Positions 1-11,423 of a stretch of 64,000 nt of DNA are shown here, piece by piece (position 1 is the first letter of the stretch; each line of letters starts with the position of its first letter). This DNA is from the human T2T-CHM13v2.0 reference genome, Homo sapiens. The stretch lies in the NCBI RefSeq assembly GCF_009914755.1, contig NC_060935.1; one strand, given 5' to 3'. Made by a program: the position numbers and the translations under genes. Below the pieces are notes generated by a model that was not told the DNA's origin, ran no database searches, and saw nothing but the letters and a program-made list of their open reading frames with translations.

Positions 1-19
1 TTGTTTCTCTCTCTTTCAG

Positions 20-119
20 GAAGCAGTACAGTGTTAAGTTAGTGAGGAACAACCTGGCCCAGGAAATGGGCCTGTTTGGCAAGTGTTTGACTGAATCAGA
101 GGAGCAGCCCTGTGGGCAG
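20..119 (+). other. Candidate non-coding exon (100 bp)
   Basis: Polypyrimidine tract plus CAG acceptor (ttgtttctctctctttcag, AG 18-19) and CAG|GTAAAA donor at 119/120. No transcript evidence available. Confidence 0.25.
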
Positions 120-200
120 GTAAAAATCAGACACTCCCCTTGAACAAGGAAGCAATAGGGAAGGAGAGAAGAAAAAGACACACTGTGGATGGGAGCAAAC

Positions 201-1267
201 TGTAACCACCCAACAGGTTCCCCTTGCCTGCTGCCTAGACAGAGCCAATTTATCAAGACAGGGGAATTGCAATAGAGAAAGAGTAATTCATGCCGAGCTA
301 ACTGTGCGGGAGACTGGAGTTATATTACTCAAATCAGTCTCCTGGAAAATTTGGAGATAGGAGTTTTTAAGGATAATTTGGTGAGTAGGGGGTCAGGAAG
401 CAGAGAGTGCTAATTGGTTGGGTAGGAGATGAAATCAGAGGGAGTTGAAGCTGTCTTCTGCACTGAGTCAGTTCCTGGGTGGGAACAAGACGACCAGATG
501 AGACAGTTTATCATCTGGGTGGTGCCAGCTGACCCATCTAGTGCAGGATCTGCAAAATATGTCAAGCCCTGATCTTAAGTTGTACAATAGTGGTGCTATC
601 CCCAGGAGCCATTTGGGGAGGGTTTGTTTTGGGAGACCGCTGTTGTCATCTTTGTTTCAAAGCTGAACTATAAACGGAGTTTCTCCCAAAGCTAGTTCAG
701 CCTACATCCAGGAATGAACAAGGACAGCTGGGAGGTTAGAAGCAAGATGGAATCAGTTAAGTCAGATCTCTTTGACTGTAAGATTTGTGACAGAGACAGG
801 AGACAGCCAAGGGTCCCCTTTGAAACCCCATCTTCAGGCCTAAAACAGCCTGAAGGTTAAGAGACCAGACTGCTGGTCCCAGATGAAACCTGCAACCCAG
901 AGGGAGAACTGCCTTTGTTACCTGCACTTTCCCGACTGATTCTTTCTGAATAATGCCCACATGCGCAATGAGGGAACTAGGTGGAGCCAAGGGAAGTTTG
1001 CACCTTGTGCATGGGGAAGGAGCCTGGGCTCTTCAGCTCTGGAATTCAATCTGTGAGGTGGGAGCTGCTGGCAGCACTCCCTCTTGCTTTACTGAGTGTT
1101 TTTTCTTCTTTCCTTTTTGCCCAATAAATTTGGCTCTCTTCACCCTTCAGTGTGTCCACATGCCTAATCTTTTCTAGTCGTGTGACAAGAACCCAGTTTT
1201 AGCTAAACTAGAAAGCAAAAGTTCTGCATCAAGTGTCTCAGTTATAATTTTTGCAACAGTGTATTGA
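201..1267 (-). mobile_element. ERV1 LTR, LTR8-like, interrupted by a second LTR
   Basis: Resembles the reverse complement of the LTR8 consensus (tgtaacc...ggttagaagcaagatgga...tctcagttataatttttgcaa). The match stops at ~780 and resumes at ~1232. Confidence 0.8.
786..1231 (+). mobile_element. ERV1 solo LTR, MER61-like, nested in the LTR8-like element
   Basis: TG...CA ends; gacaggagacagccaagggtcccc...aaaacagcctgaagg start; AATAAA near 1123; ends ttctgcatca. No clean TSD. Confidence 0.7.
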
Positions 1268-1404
1268 AGACCATTATTGTTGGCAACATCCCTTGGTCTC
1301 CAGGGAAAACTGCAAGTTGGGACTGGAGAAGAGGGAGGCTGTGAGATGACTTGGGGAAGGAGTACTCTGAGCAGCCTTGCCACATACTAAAGGAGAACAG
1401 CTGC

Positions 1405-1617
1405 AGAGTCTGGTATCACACTGACCTATTTTCAAATCCAAGCTTAGTCATTTCTTAATCATTTGCTACTTTTGTTCATCTAAAGCAAATTAGTTTTTCC
1501 TAGGAACAAAATGAATTTTGTAATAATATCTCAGCTTAAGAGCACTTGTGAGGGTTAAAGGAAATACTTCTCAGGTGTTTATCACTATGCCCAGCACAGA
1601 GTGAGCACTCAGTAGGT
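1405..1617 (+). mobile_element. MIR SINE fragment
   Basis: ttcaaatcc...ttgtgagggttaaa...gcccagcacagagtgagcactcagta, MIR core and 3' end. Confidence 0.55.
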
Positions 1618-2727
1618 CAATGGCAGGGTTTCATAGCGGCTACCAAGGAAAGGGAAAGTGCTTCTCCTCTCAAAACCATTGTAACTTTCCTCCCAAGTGG
1701 GGAGAAAGGTCCCAGAGGCAGAATGGCTGTTATCCAGGAATGCTCCAGGGCATCCACCTCTCAGGCAGGGCAAATAACCATGACAAAACCCAAACCAACT
1801 ATAAGTAGAAAAGTTAGAAGGGATATTTTATTTTAAAGACTTTGGAGTGTCTCAAAGAAATACAAAGAGAGAAATGCAGTGGGGCCTCAGGAATAACTTG
1901 AAGTAGAAACCTGGGACCCAATTGCTTTGTTTTGTTGAGTAGGATTCCTTTTTCCATGAGGCAACACAGAGCTAAGAAAGGCAACAGGGGAGTTACCACG
2001 GCTGCCTGGACCCTGTCCTTCACTCTGTCTTCTGTGTTTCTTTGGTGTCTGTTTTGCTGAGGTCATGGCTGTGGAGACTTGTAATTGTGGGGTCCAAGTA
2101 GCAGAAGATACTCTTGGATTTACATTTTATAGTCTACTTCCTCAAAGAGTGTCTAACTTGTTTTTGCCAGTTACAGTTTCACACAGGAATGACAGTGATT
2201 GTCCTGTTTGGGCAAAGCAGCTGCCCTTAAACCCTAACCATGTCTGTGATGGGCACAGTTTGGGTCAGTTACTCAGGCCTGGATCAACCACCACAGCCAC
2301 TGGGGCAGAATCATGTCAGATTTCACAGGGTGGGTCCCTGTGACCATGTACATGGGATCAGAGGGGACAGTTCCCAGAAGGAGTGGAATTCTTGGAAGAT
2401 AGAGTGTTGGAGGACTAAGCACAGAGGGCTCTCCATGCTGGAAGGGTGATGTGATGGAAACAATTCACTTTTTCCATATTCTTGGATTCCATGAGACTGT
2501 CATGCTCTAATACTGTGTTCTCCACAGAGGTGGAATGAACTATGTCATTAGGATGAACATAGAGTTCCTTGTAATTTTGGAAGGGGAAGAAGGGTTGTAG
2601 GAATTTTTCAAAAAAGGATGTTTTTGTATCATTTTTTGAAACAAGTCTTTTGGAGTCTGATGGCCCAATGCAAACAACTCAGGATTTACTTGACTTGTAT
2701 TGATTAATAGAATGTAAAAGTTAAGAG

Positions 2728-2899
2728 GTGGGATTGAATTTTGGTTGTGCCACATAATTACATGACCTGGGGCATATTGCTAAGACTTGGTTTCTTCATG
2801 TATAAAAAGATAACAAAGATACAATCCAATCAGTGTTGTGAGAATTGTGAGAAAGTACATATAACATGTCTAATATAGTGTGCAAGACGTAGCACTCAA
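2728..2899 (+). mobile_element. MIR SINE
   Basis: tgccacataattacatgacctgggg...tttcttcatgtataaaa...gttgtgagaatt MIR core. Confidence 0.6.
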
Positions 2900-2911
2900 G
2901 AGACAATTGAT

Positions 2912-3194
2912 GGCCAGGCAAGGTGGCTCCCAGCATTTTGAGAGGCCAAAGCAGGCAGATCACTTGAGGTCAGGAGCTTGAGACCAGCCTGGTCAACATA
3001 GTGAAACCCCATCTCAACTAAAAATACAAAAGTTAGCCATGGGTGGTGGTGCACGCCTGTAATCTCAGTTGCTCGACTGGCTAAGGCAGAAGAATTGCTT
3101 GAACCCAGAAGGCAGAGATAGCAAGGACCTGAAATCTCACTACTGCACTCCAGCCTGGACAACAGAGTGAGACTTGGTCTCAAAAAAAAAAAAA
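2912..3194 (+). mobile_element. AluS SINE
   Basis: Dimeric Alu with A-tail. TSD AAGAGACAA(T/C)TG(A/C)T at 2898-2911 and 3195-3208. Short deletion after ggtggctc. Confidence 0.97.
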
Positions 3195-3554
3195 AAGAGA
3201 CAACTGCTACATTCCTTATTCCTCTTAATTTTATTCAACAGATTAATAATATACAACTCTAAATTATAGCTGTGTCTCTTTTCTTTTTCAGAGATGATAA
3301 ACATCCTGAGGGCCAGGGTTCCTTCTTACTGTCTTTATTTCATCAGCCTCCCTCGTACTCCCTTTGCAGCAGCTCACCAGATGTTGACCAGATACTGAGT
3401 AGTGAGTGAATGATGACTGGACCAGATGGCTGGTGGTCCGATGTGTGTTTTCTACTGTTTTGGAGGAGGGGCTCTGTAAACAGGCAGCATCCTATGGTAA
3501 CACAATTAGGATGTACACAGTGAGCTGGCATCTTTCACACTTTGAGATGAATTA

Positions 3555-3670
3555 GTTCCATTTATTTGTTCATTTGTTCATTCATTTAACTATTGAATGT
3601 CTACTAATATTGCAGATGTCAGCCAATTTCTGTATATGTGGTGGTGAACAAACTCCCTGCTTCCATGGCA
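3555..3670 (-). mobile_element. L2 3' end fragment
   Basis: (ttca)n-like tail followed by tattgaatgtctacta...gtggtgaacaaactccctgc. Confidence 0.55.
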
Positions 3671-3739
3671 TTTTCATAAAATACCCTATGCTAGTGCAGG
3701 GCTTTGATGCCTCTATGCACAAACCCATTAGCCCTGGAG

Positions 3740-3892
3740 TATAACTTCTGTTTAATTTTCTGTATGCTCCACTTGTCAGTGACCTCCTTTAGAACAGACA
3801 CCACACATTTTTTTTCTGTGCCTTGCTTAGTGACTTTTGCCATAACAGGGCTCAATAAATAGTGAACAAATGAATGAATAAATGGATGAATA
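3740..3892 (+). mobile_element. L2 3' end fragment
   Basis: gggctcaataaatagtgaacaaatgaatgaataaatggatgaat L2 tail. Confidence 0.6.
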
Positions 3893-4937
3893 ATTTCCTA
3901 GAATTATCCTAGAGAACCCTGATAGCCTTTGCATACATTTATTCCTTATTGAATTTGCAGATCTTTTGAGTGAGATAGGAAAAGCAGCAACTTTTATAGG
4001 TTGAGCCCTTTGAGCCACCCAAGTCTTGCATGAATGGCTTGAGTGATAGATATATGCCCATGGTATCTGAAGCAAGCAAAACAAAGCAATATCTAACAGT
4101 GAGAATAAAATTTGATTTTAAGAAAATGCCTCTTCCTCTAATCTTCCATTTTCTCTCTTCCTAGAGAGAAAAGATATGCTTTCTCTCTTCCAACCTTTAG
4201 CTCTTTGCCCTCTGTGCTCAAACTTATTTTATTAATAATCTGAAACAATTGTTTCCATAGAAATAGCCTAGCCACTTCCCAGAGCAGAACAGTAGCTTTT
4301 GCAACTTCTGCACACTTGGGTCAGACACACAACTGTTTTGAACAGATACAGTTTTTTAAAGGTAATTGTAAATAGATTTTAACCAAGCTTTGAAATAACT
4401 GTTTAATGTTTTATTCTATTTAAACAAATGGTAATCTAGAAAACCAATGGGTTATCCTTATCCCTCCAAGAGAATAACAGACACTAGGAATTGGGTAATT
4501 AAAAAATTAACCTGTAAATAAAATATATATTGTTTTTTAAGTGATACATGCTGATCCTAAAAACTTTGGAAAACACACAAAGAAATTTTAGGTTTCTGTT
4601 CAAGAAGGCAGACTCAGCACTCATTAAAGCCTATATATCTTATCTCCAAGTCCCCAGACATTGGAAGAAAATATTTATAGCCATCGTCTTCCTGTCTTCT
4701 TTCCTGGGGTACGAAGTTATCTGAATTTGACATTACTGAGTTTAACATTAAATAAGCTGTATCAGTGATAGACACTAAATTTTTAACAGGTTGATCCATG
4801 AAAGCCGAGTATATTTGGTATCTAGCTCACTAACAAATTCCCTTTCTTCTGATTTTAGTAATGACAAAGCAAAACAAAAACCTCACTTTTCTAAAGCAAT
4901 AGCATAAGACTGCCAACCAAGTTATATTTTCATTAGT

Positions 4938-5090
4938 GATTTATTTAGCAAAATGTATATAGCCAGGCACCATTCTGAGTGCTGTAGAAATATTAACTCA
5001 CCAATTGTCATAGCAATATTATAAAGTATATACTATTATCTATATTTTACAGATGAGGAACCTGAGGACATTGAGAGTTGAGGTAAATAA
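4938..5090 (-). mobile_element. MIR SINE
   Basis: gccaggcaccattctgagtgct...attttacagatgaggaacctgagg reverse MIR core. Confidence 0.7.
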
Positions 5091-5139
5091 GAGAGCTAGT
5101 TAATGGGATGGGGTAATACATTTCTATTCTCTGTATGGT

Positions 5140-5428
5140 TGCTGGAATCCTCTTACCCTAAAATCTTGCTTCAAATATATTTTTTTCAATTTAAAAAATA
5201 GACTATTTAGAGCCATTTTAGGTTCACAGCAAAACTGAGCAGAAAATACAGAGTTCTCAAAGATCCCCTCCCAGACACACGCATAGCCTCCCCTACCATC
5301 AACATCCCATATCAGAGTGGTACGTTTGTACCAACTGATGAACAGGGTCAGCACTCTGGACTCTGAATCCAGGTACAATTCTTGATCATTTCCTTCTTAT
5401 TACCACTCTTTCTATTCTTCTGTCCCTG
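5140..5428. repeat. Left arm of inverted duplication (contains an L1MC 3' fragment on - strand, ~5185-5343)
   Basis: Reverse complement aligns to 7165-7472, including non-L1 flanks on both sides. Confidence 0.93.
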
Positions 5429-5939
5429 CCCCAAAGACGTGTAACTATTGCCTGTAACACTTTTTCGATAAAAGTTTAGAAATTGTTACGTGTCTATAGT
5501 TTACCTTAAAATACTTTGGCATCTATAGACAAGATATAATTTATGTCATAGGCTGTTTAATCGTCAACATTAGACGCAATCAGTTGACTTAATTGAAAAT
5601 GAATGCTCCAAGAGTTCTCCAGCTAGTATTGTATCAAAAAGCTACCCTCCAGGGGCAGCTAAGACAACTGCACTTGGGTCTGTTATCCAGGTCTCACTCA
5701 ATACTTAAGGCTTGGCTAATTAACACAACCAAGGACAGAAATGGCTTAACTATTGGTGAAAATAGTGGCTTGTCAATTATCCTGATAAATGTTAGAAATG
5801 GATTTTTGTGTTAATGAAATTACAGGAATTCAATACATGTAGATTGGCTTACACATTTTAGAAATATTTTTCACACTTGCTTGAAGAGAACATAAGACTG
5901 TAGCAAGCCTGGTAGCTTGTACCTCTCATCCAGCCAGTG

Positions 5940-5972
5940 AATAGGATTTCTGGTTAAATAGGATTTCTGGTT
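5940..5972. repeat. 16-bp tandem duplication
   Basis: AATAGGATTTCTGGTT at 5940-5955 and 5957-5972. Confidence 0.9.
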
Positions 5973-7164
5973 GGCTGATGCCAAGTGTAAAGTAACTGGA
6001 TCCTGCCTCTGGAATTTTGTCCTGAATATCCCAAGTGACCCTTCACGTGAAATGATGCACAAAACACCTGCAGTGAGAGACAGCTGGGACTTCATTAACC
6101 TTAAAGAACAGGCTTACTCAACCATATTGGGCTTGGTTATTAATGCGTGTTTGTTCAGTGTACGTCCATATGTGGCCAGATCTGGTTGGAGACTTGTTTT
6201 CACTACAAGTTTACCTTTATTATAGCAAGATTATGGGGCAGTAGTTAAACTTTACTTAAACTTCTTTTGAGGCTACTGTTATTTCTGAAAAAGAGCCTAA
6301 GAGTTGAGCATGGCAAAATGATCCAAGGTCAGTTCATAATTGACATAACAGAAGGAAATTATGAAAGAAAACTAGGAGTAAATCTGAAAACTACTGTTGC
6401 TAAATCCATTGTCCATCCCCTCACTCAGGGGCTCTCTTGTTTCTTTCCTTAGACCCAAGCCCATTGACTTGTTGCTAGAATACACACTCTTCTTTGTTTC
6501 TCTGCATGGTTGGTAGAAAAGATTGTCACTTTATTACCAGAGCAATTTTGCTTCTCCTGGGTCTTGACCTCTCCCATCCAGATTGGTCTGAGAACTTTCC
6601 TTAACATTTTCTTACACAAGGGTGGTTTCCATCATGGTAGTTATTCTTGTCCTTTTTCTTCCAACATAGATATATCTCTAGTTTTAAATATCACATTTGT
6701 TTTCTTTTGTTCAAATATGAGATGACTGACCCTATGATAAGCCAGTCCAGGAAAAGGCTTAAAGTTGACAAACTTTATCTTCAGAGCTCCAAGTTCCTGT
6801 AAGCACTCCCACTGCAGGGTGCTGGGGCATTCACTCTCATCTTGTTCCAAACAGTCCTTGAAGAAGAATCTAATACACTTGTTCCCATCGAGGTATTATT
6901 TATTGGTAAGCTTTGACAGGGAATAAAGGCGGGAAAACATAGCATGATTTTCAGATGTCGACGTTCAACAAATGTTTATTGAGCAACCACTGCCTCTCAC
7001 TAGGTGGATATATAAAGGTTCTAATCCAAAGTCTGCCCTAGGGCGTGGATGAAGAGGGTGGCTAGGTGCCACTCCTTCACAGCCAATTCCTCTCCATCTG
7101 CTGCTGGCTTTGCACAGGAAGAAAACAAACAAAAAAAAATCAAACACAAAAACAAAACAAAACA

Positions 7165-7472
7165 CAGAGGCAGAGGAATAGAAAGAGTGGTAATAAGAAG
7201 GGAATGGTCAAGAATTCTACCTGGATTCAGAGTCCAGAGTGATGACCCTGTTCACCAGCTGTAACAAATGTACCACTCTGGTATGAGATCTTGATGGTAG
7301 GGGATGGTGTGTGTGTGTCCTGGACGAGGTCCATGGGAACTCTATTTTCTGCTCAATTTTGCTGTGAACCTAAAACTGCTCTAAATAGTCTATTTTTAAG
7401 CTGAAATATATAGATATATAGATATATAGATATGGAGAGAGAGCAGGTTTTTAGGATAAGAGGATTCCAGCA
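7165..7472. repeat. Right arm of inverted duplication (contains an L1MC 3' fragment on + strand, ~7250-7400, and an (ATATATAG)n expansion)
   Basis: gaatagaaagagtggtaataagaag...taagaggattccagca is the reverse complement of the left arm. Confidence 0.93.
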
Positions 7473-8524
7473 CACAAGTCTGAGCTAAAGGAAATTCCCA
7501 AAGAAGTGTGTGTTATATAAATTCTAGAAATAAAGCACATTTGGGTCTGTACACGAAAATTTAACCTTCTAAACTATCTTCCTCCTAAGTCACTACTGGA
7601 GAAAGTGCAGTATATTTAAGAAAGAGGGTTTTTCTATTCTAATTTTACTCCTTAAAATCACATATGACATCCTGCCTCTAGGGCACTGCCCAACAGGCAG
7701 AGAGCATAGTCCACCATGTAGATGAAGCCATTTCTCCCTCAGTCAGTCAGCGGTAACCTAGCTGGAAGGCTCCATATCCCTAGCTGAGTTAAGTGCTGAA
7801 TGCAAAGTCTTCTGGGAATTGGCACCTCCTTGAACGTGGCCAATATTTTGATTACAGAAACCAAAAATAGATAAGCAACTGTGGAGCTCCAGGTAGGAGA
7901 CACTGAAGATAGAATGCATCTGCTTTAGCCTGGAGTAGGAGCAGAGTCTTAAGAGATGTGAGTTCTAACACCAGCTTCATCATAGCCTGTGATTCTGTCT
8001 TTGGTGGGGAGGATGGAGAGGGACGCATGGAGAAGAAGTCTGGGGAGGGATCCTACCTACATGTTCATAGGTGCTTGAAGATCATCAGGTGAGAAAAAGG
8101 TTGTGAATTCTTTCTAAATATTTAAAATTTCCCTTGCTGTTCAAATGGCAAGATACCATTGTAGTGAGAATACTTGGCACTTTTGAAATAAATGCATTTT
8201 ACACAAAATCTCCGTAGCTCCAAATCATCTTCAAGTGCCTAAGTTCCTACCTTCTACATCTTCTTTCATCAAGGAGGCCCATTTCTATAGCTTGAGTGTT
8301 CTCCCTTCACCTGACTCCCATTTCTCAATTTCTATGGGTCTCTGGTTTGAATAGCTCCTGGTTCTCCCTCCTCAATCACTTCCTGGAATGAGAAATTAAA
8401 ATACCATCTGCAGGATGTCCTAAGCATATGGCTTTCCTGCTACTGCCTTTTCTTTTTTCCTCTCTCCTCCTCCTTCTCTTCTTTCCTGTTCTTCATCTTG
8501 TCCCCAAAATAATGGAATAGAGTA

Positions 8525-8660
8525 GAGAGAGCAGAGGATTTGAAGTAGACAGGCTTGAATCCCAGCTATATCTCTCCTAATTGGGTGGTTTAAACATATT
8601 ATCTAATCACTCTGAACTTCAGGCTTTTCACCTGAAAAAATAAATAAGGATAATAATTTA
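8525..8660 (+). mobile_element. MIR SINE
   Basis: ttgaatcccagct...ctctgaacttcaggcttttcacctgaaaaa MIR core. Confidence 0.6.
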
Positions 8661-8944
8661 TTTGCATGTTTGGTCCAGAGTTGGAATGATGCTATTTACC
8701 TTAGCTGTTCCCACCCTCTCCATCTATTTGCACCCTTCTGACCTGTGAAGCAGATGCCTGCTACTTTATGAAGTTCTCAGATTATCTGAAGCCTACCTGT
8801 TTACCCCAGATTAAGAACTCCTCTTCCAAACACCCTTTTGAAAGGTAATAGGAAACTACACATAATGTAGTTGTAGAGTTGGCTTCATTCAGCTATGGTA
8901 ACAAAACTACACCTCTAAAAGTCATGCTTATCTTTTGATGCTAG

Positions 8945-9072
8945 ATTCATGACCCTGGGCAAATTATCTGACCTCGCTGCTTTAGCAATAGGTTTTTGTA
9001 ATGACTTAATGAGTCAATACATGTAAAGAATTCAAAATGTTTCTTGGCACATAATAATCATCCAATAAATGT
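8945..9072 (+). mobile_element. MIR SINE
   Basis: tgaccctgggcaaattatctgacctc...tggcacataataatcatccaataaatg. Confidence 0.55.
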
Positions 9073-9075
9073 GTT

Positions 9076-9134
9076 GTAGTAGTAGTAGTAGCAGTAGCAG
9101 CAGCAGCAGCAGTAGTAGTAGTGGTAAGAGTAGT
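9076..9134. repeat. Compound trinucleotide STR (GTA)5 GCA GTA (GCA)5 (GTA)3 GTG GTA
   Basis: Read directly from sequence; lies at the MIR tail. Confidence 0.95.
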
Positions 9135-9984
9135 ATTTCTTGAGTGCCAAATAACATCCAATAAAGTGAATGTCCTATCTCTAGCATTCTGTGCTGCAAA
9201 AAAAATCAAAGATCTTTCATTAGCATCCACGGTCTCTATCTACTTCTTACCATCTTTACCTTAAAGAATAAAATCCTGAGACATGGAAGCCAAGAGAAGT
9301 CACAGTGTGGAAAGTTCATAAGGCTAAAACTTAAGACAAGCAGGTTTTAATACATACTGTGCCACTAAATAGTTTTGTGAACCTAGGAAGGTAACCTGGT
9401 CTTTTTGAGTGTCGGCTTTATCACTGTCTTATCAACTAGCTCTAGAAGATGCCTTCTAGCTCCAATAGCTCATGAAACTATGTCCTACATCAATAACTAC
9501 AGTGAAGAGAGACATATGCAGAGTTCAGAGAATCTACCCCTTCCCTAGTGCTTCACATTTGGCTAACTTCCTTAAGCCTGACACTGGATAAAGAAACACA
9601 GAACACTTTAATTTATGGCCCAAACAAAAGATACTTTTAATTAACATTGAAGCCAATTCCACAGACAGTGTCTGGAAGTGAGCCCAGAAGAAAAGAAAGA
9701 TTATAATATAACCAAATAAACCTTTAAAAGATCAAAAAATAGTTGAAGAGGAATTATGTGTACCTGAGTAAGTCAAGGTAAGGTCATGTGGGGATAAACT
9801 GATTTGAGCATGCAGCTTCAGCTCAGCTAGGTTGCAGATATCTGTGCCCCTTTAAGTGGTCAAGGAAGCATACCCAATAAAGACTCTTTTACTTTTCACT
9901 TTGCAGAGTTATCTTTGGCCAGAAATACATGGCAAAACACAGAGGAGTGTCTGTTTCTTAGAGCGATTCCTACTAATCGGAAGT

Positions 9985-10133
9985 ATAAGGAAACTTTTGG
10001 GATGATGGATATGTTTATTCTCTTGATCGCAGTGATAGTTTTCTGGATGTATGTATATCAAAACATATCAAACTACACACTTTAAATATGTGTGGTTTGT
10101 AATATATTAGCTATCCCTCAATAAAGTTGTTAA
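9985..10133 (+). mobile_element. Old L1M (L1MC/L1ME) 3' end
   Basis: aacttttgggatgatggatatgtt...cactttaaatatgtg...ctcaataaagttg. Confidence 0.8.
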
Positions 10134-10394
10134 ACATTCTATAGCAATTATTATAATTACCTTATTCTTCAGTCTCATTCATATGTTTCCCTTGGAGGTC
10201 CTTTTGAGAGAATAGTTCTGGCTTAGGACAGAACTTCAGCATTCCTGGGACCCTGGCCAAATTCCACTTCAACAGCACCCTAATTTCATCTTGAGTAATA
10301 ACACCTTTCACCCTTTGCACAAGGGATCCTTCTTCCTTGAGAGACTTTCTTGCTTTTATCATTTCCTCTCTCAGTGCAGCATCTTAGTGACTAT

Positions 10395-10408
10395 GTGGCC
10401 TCTGCTGG
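10395..10408 (-). promoter_or_regulatory. CTCF-like motif
   Basis: Minus strand CCAGCAGAGGCCAC versus consensus CCASYAGRKGGCRS (one mismatch). Confidence 0.35.
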
Positions 10409-11423
10409 TCTAGAAAACCACACTGAGAAAAGGAGCAACAATGCAAGCAACCAGAAAAATAATGGGTAGAATCTATGAGCAACAGAAATGACAGCAAGAA
10501 AGGCATCCAAGGAATGGGCAGATTTCCAAGGAAGCCATGGTGGACCATCTACATGTACACAGACATTGTTGGATATAATTGACTATGAGAAATATTATAA
10601 TGCAGAAGCTTAGGAACGCCACTAACAAAGATCTGCAGAAAGTGGCAGCAAGATGGGGGAGCAAGAACATTTTATTTTATAGTTACCTAAAGCTGAATAT
10701 AACTCAGGGCTAGCGGAGGTCTTTGTTTAATGATTGTCTGAGAAGACAATATGTAAATATATATCAAGCATATGCTTTTTATTACAATGTAAAAGGAACT
10801 AATGAAATAATGCATGTGAATGGGCTTTGTAAAGTGCAGGGCATACATAACACTAAACACTAAGTGTTCTTTAGTATAGCTTAGAAGAATTAATAATTAG
10901 GGACAAAATATATGTTGACAGTGTAGAAAGCATAATAAACAGAATATAGAAGTCAAAAGAAGTCTGAGTGTCTTTATAGGGTTTATTTCTGAATCACATG
11001 AGCCAACAACTTGGCAAGGGATCATATATATTAACAGTCTTATTAAACTATAAAACATGCAAAATGTTTATTTCGAATAACATACATGTATATGTGAGTG
11101 TGTATATCCATCTTTTTATTTGTACATTTATATATTTAAATTTTTCTTGTTATGTGTCTTACCATTTTGACTTCTATGGAAGGTCAGCAGTCTGGACTTA
11201 TGGCTCAGCCAAAAGTTTAGGCATTCTCCTATAGCATCTCTGAATGTTAGAGATTGTTATATGTTATATTGGTCAGGTCAACAGCTACTTTCTTGAAAAA
11301 GAGACTATGCGATTTGCCTTAAATGAAATTGAAATATCCCTATATTAGAGTAGCTCCAACTTATTTTATGCTGCAGTATATTTAAAAGTTTAAACTATGC
11401 TTTTTGCATAGTTTAAACTATGC

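Noticed and set aside
3555-3892. Oppositely oriented L2 tails as a miRNA-type hairpin
   Set aside because: Tails face outward with ~270 nt between complementary parts, unlike the tail-to-tail geometry of L2-derived miRNAs; pairing is simple-repeat driven.
4614-4799. 61-aa minus-strand ORF in unique DNA
   Set aside because: No recognisable homology or convincing exon structure; length expected by chance.
6963-7050. TATA-like TATATAAA and CTCF-like TCACTAGGTGGATA near the right inverted arm
   Set aside because: Lie in what looks like a decayed L2 tail (ttcaacaaatgtttattgagc); matches are imperfect.
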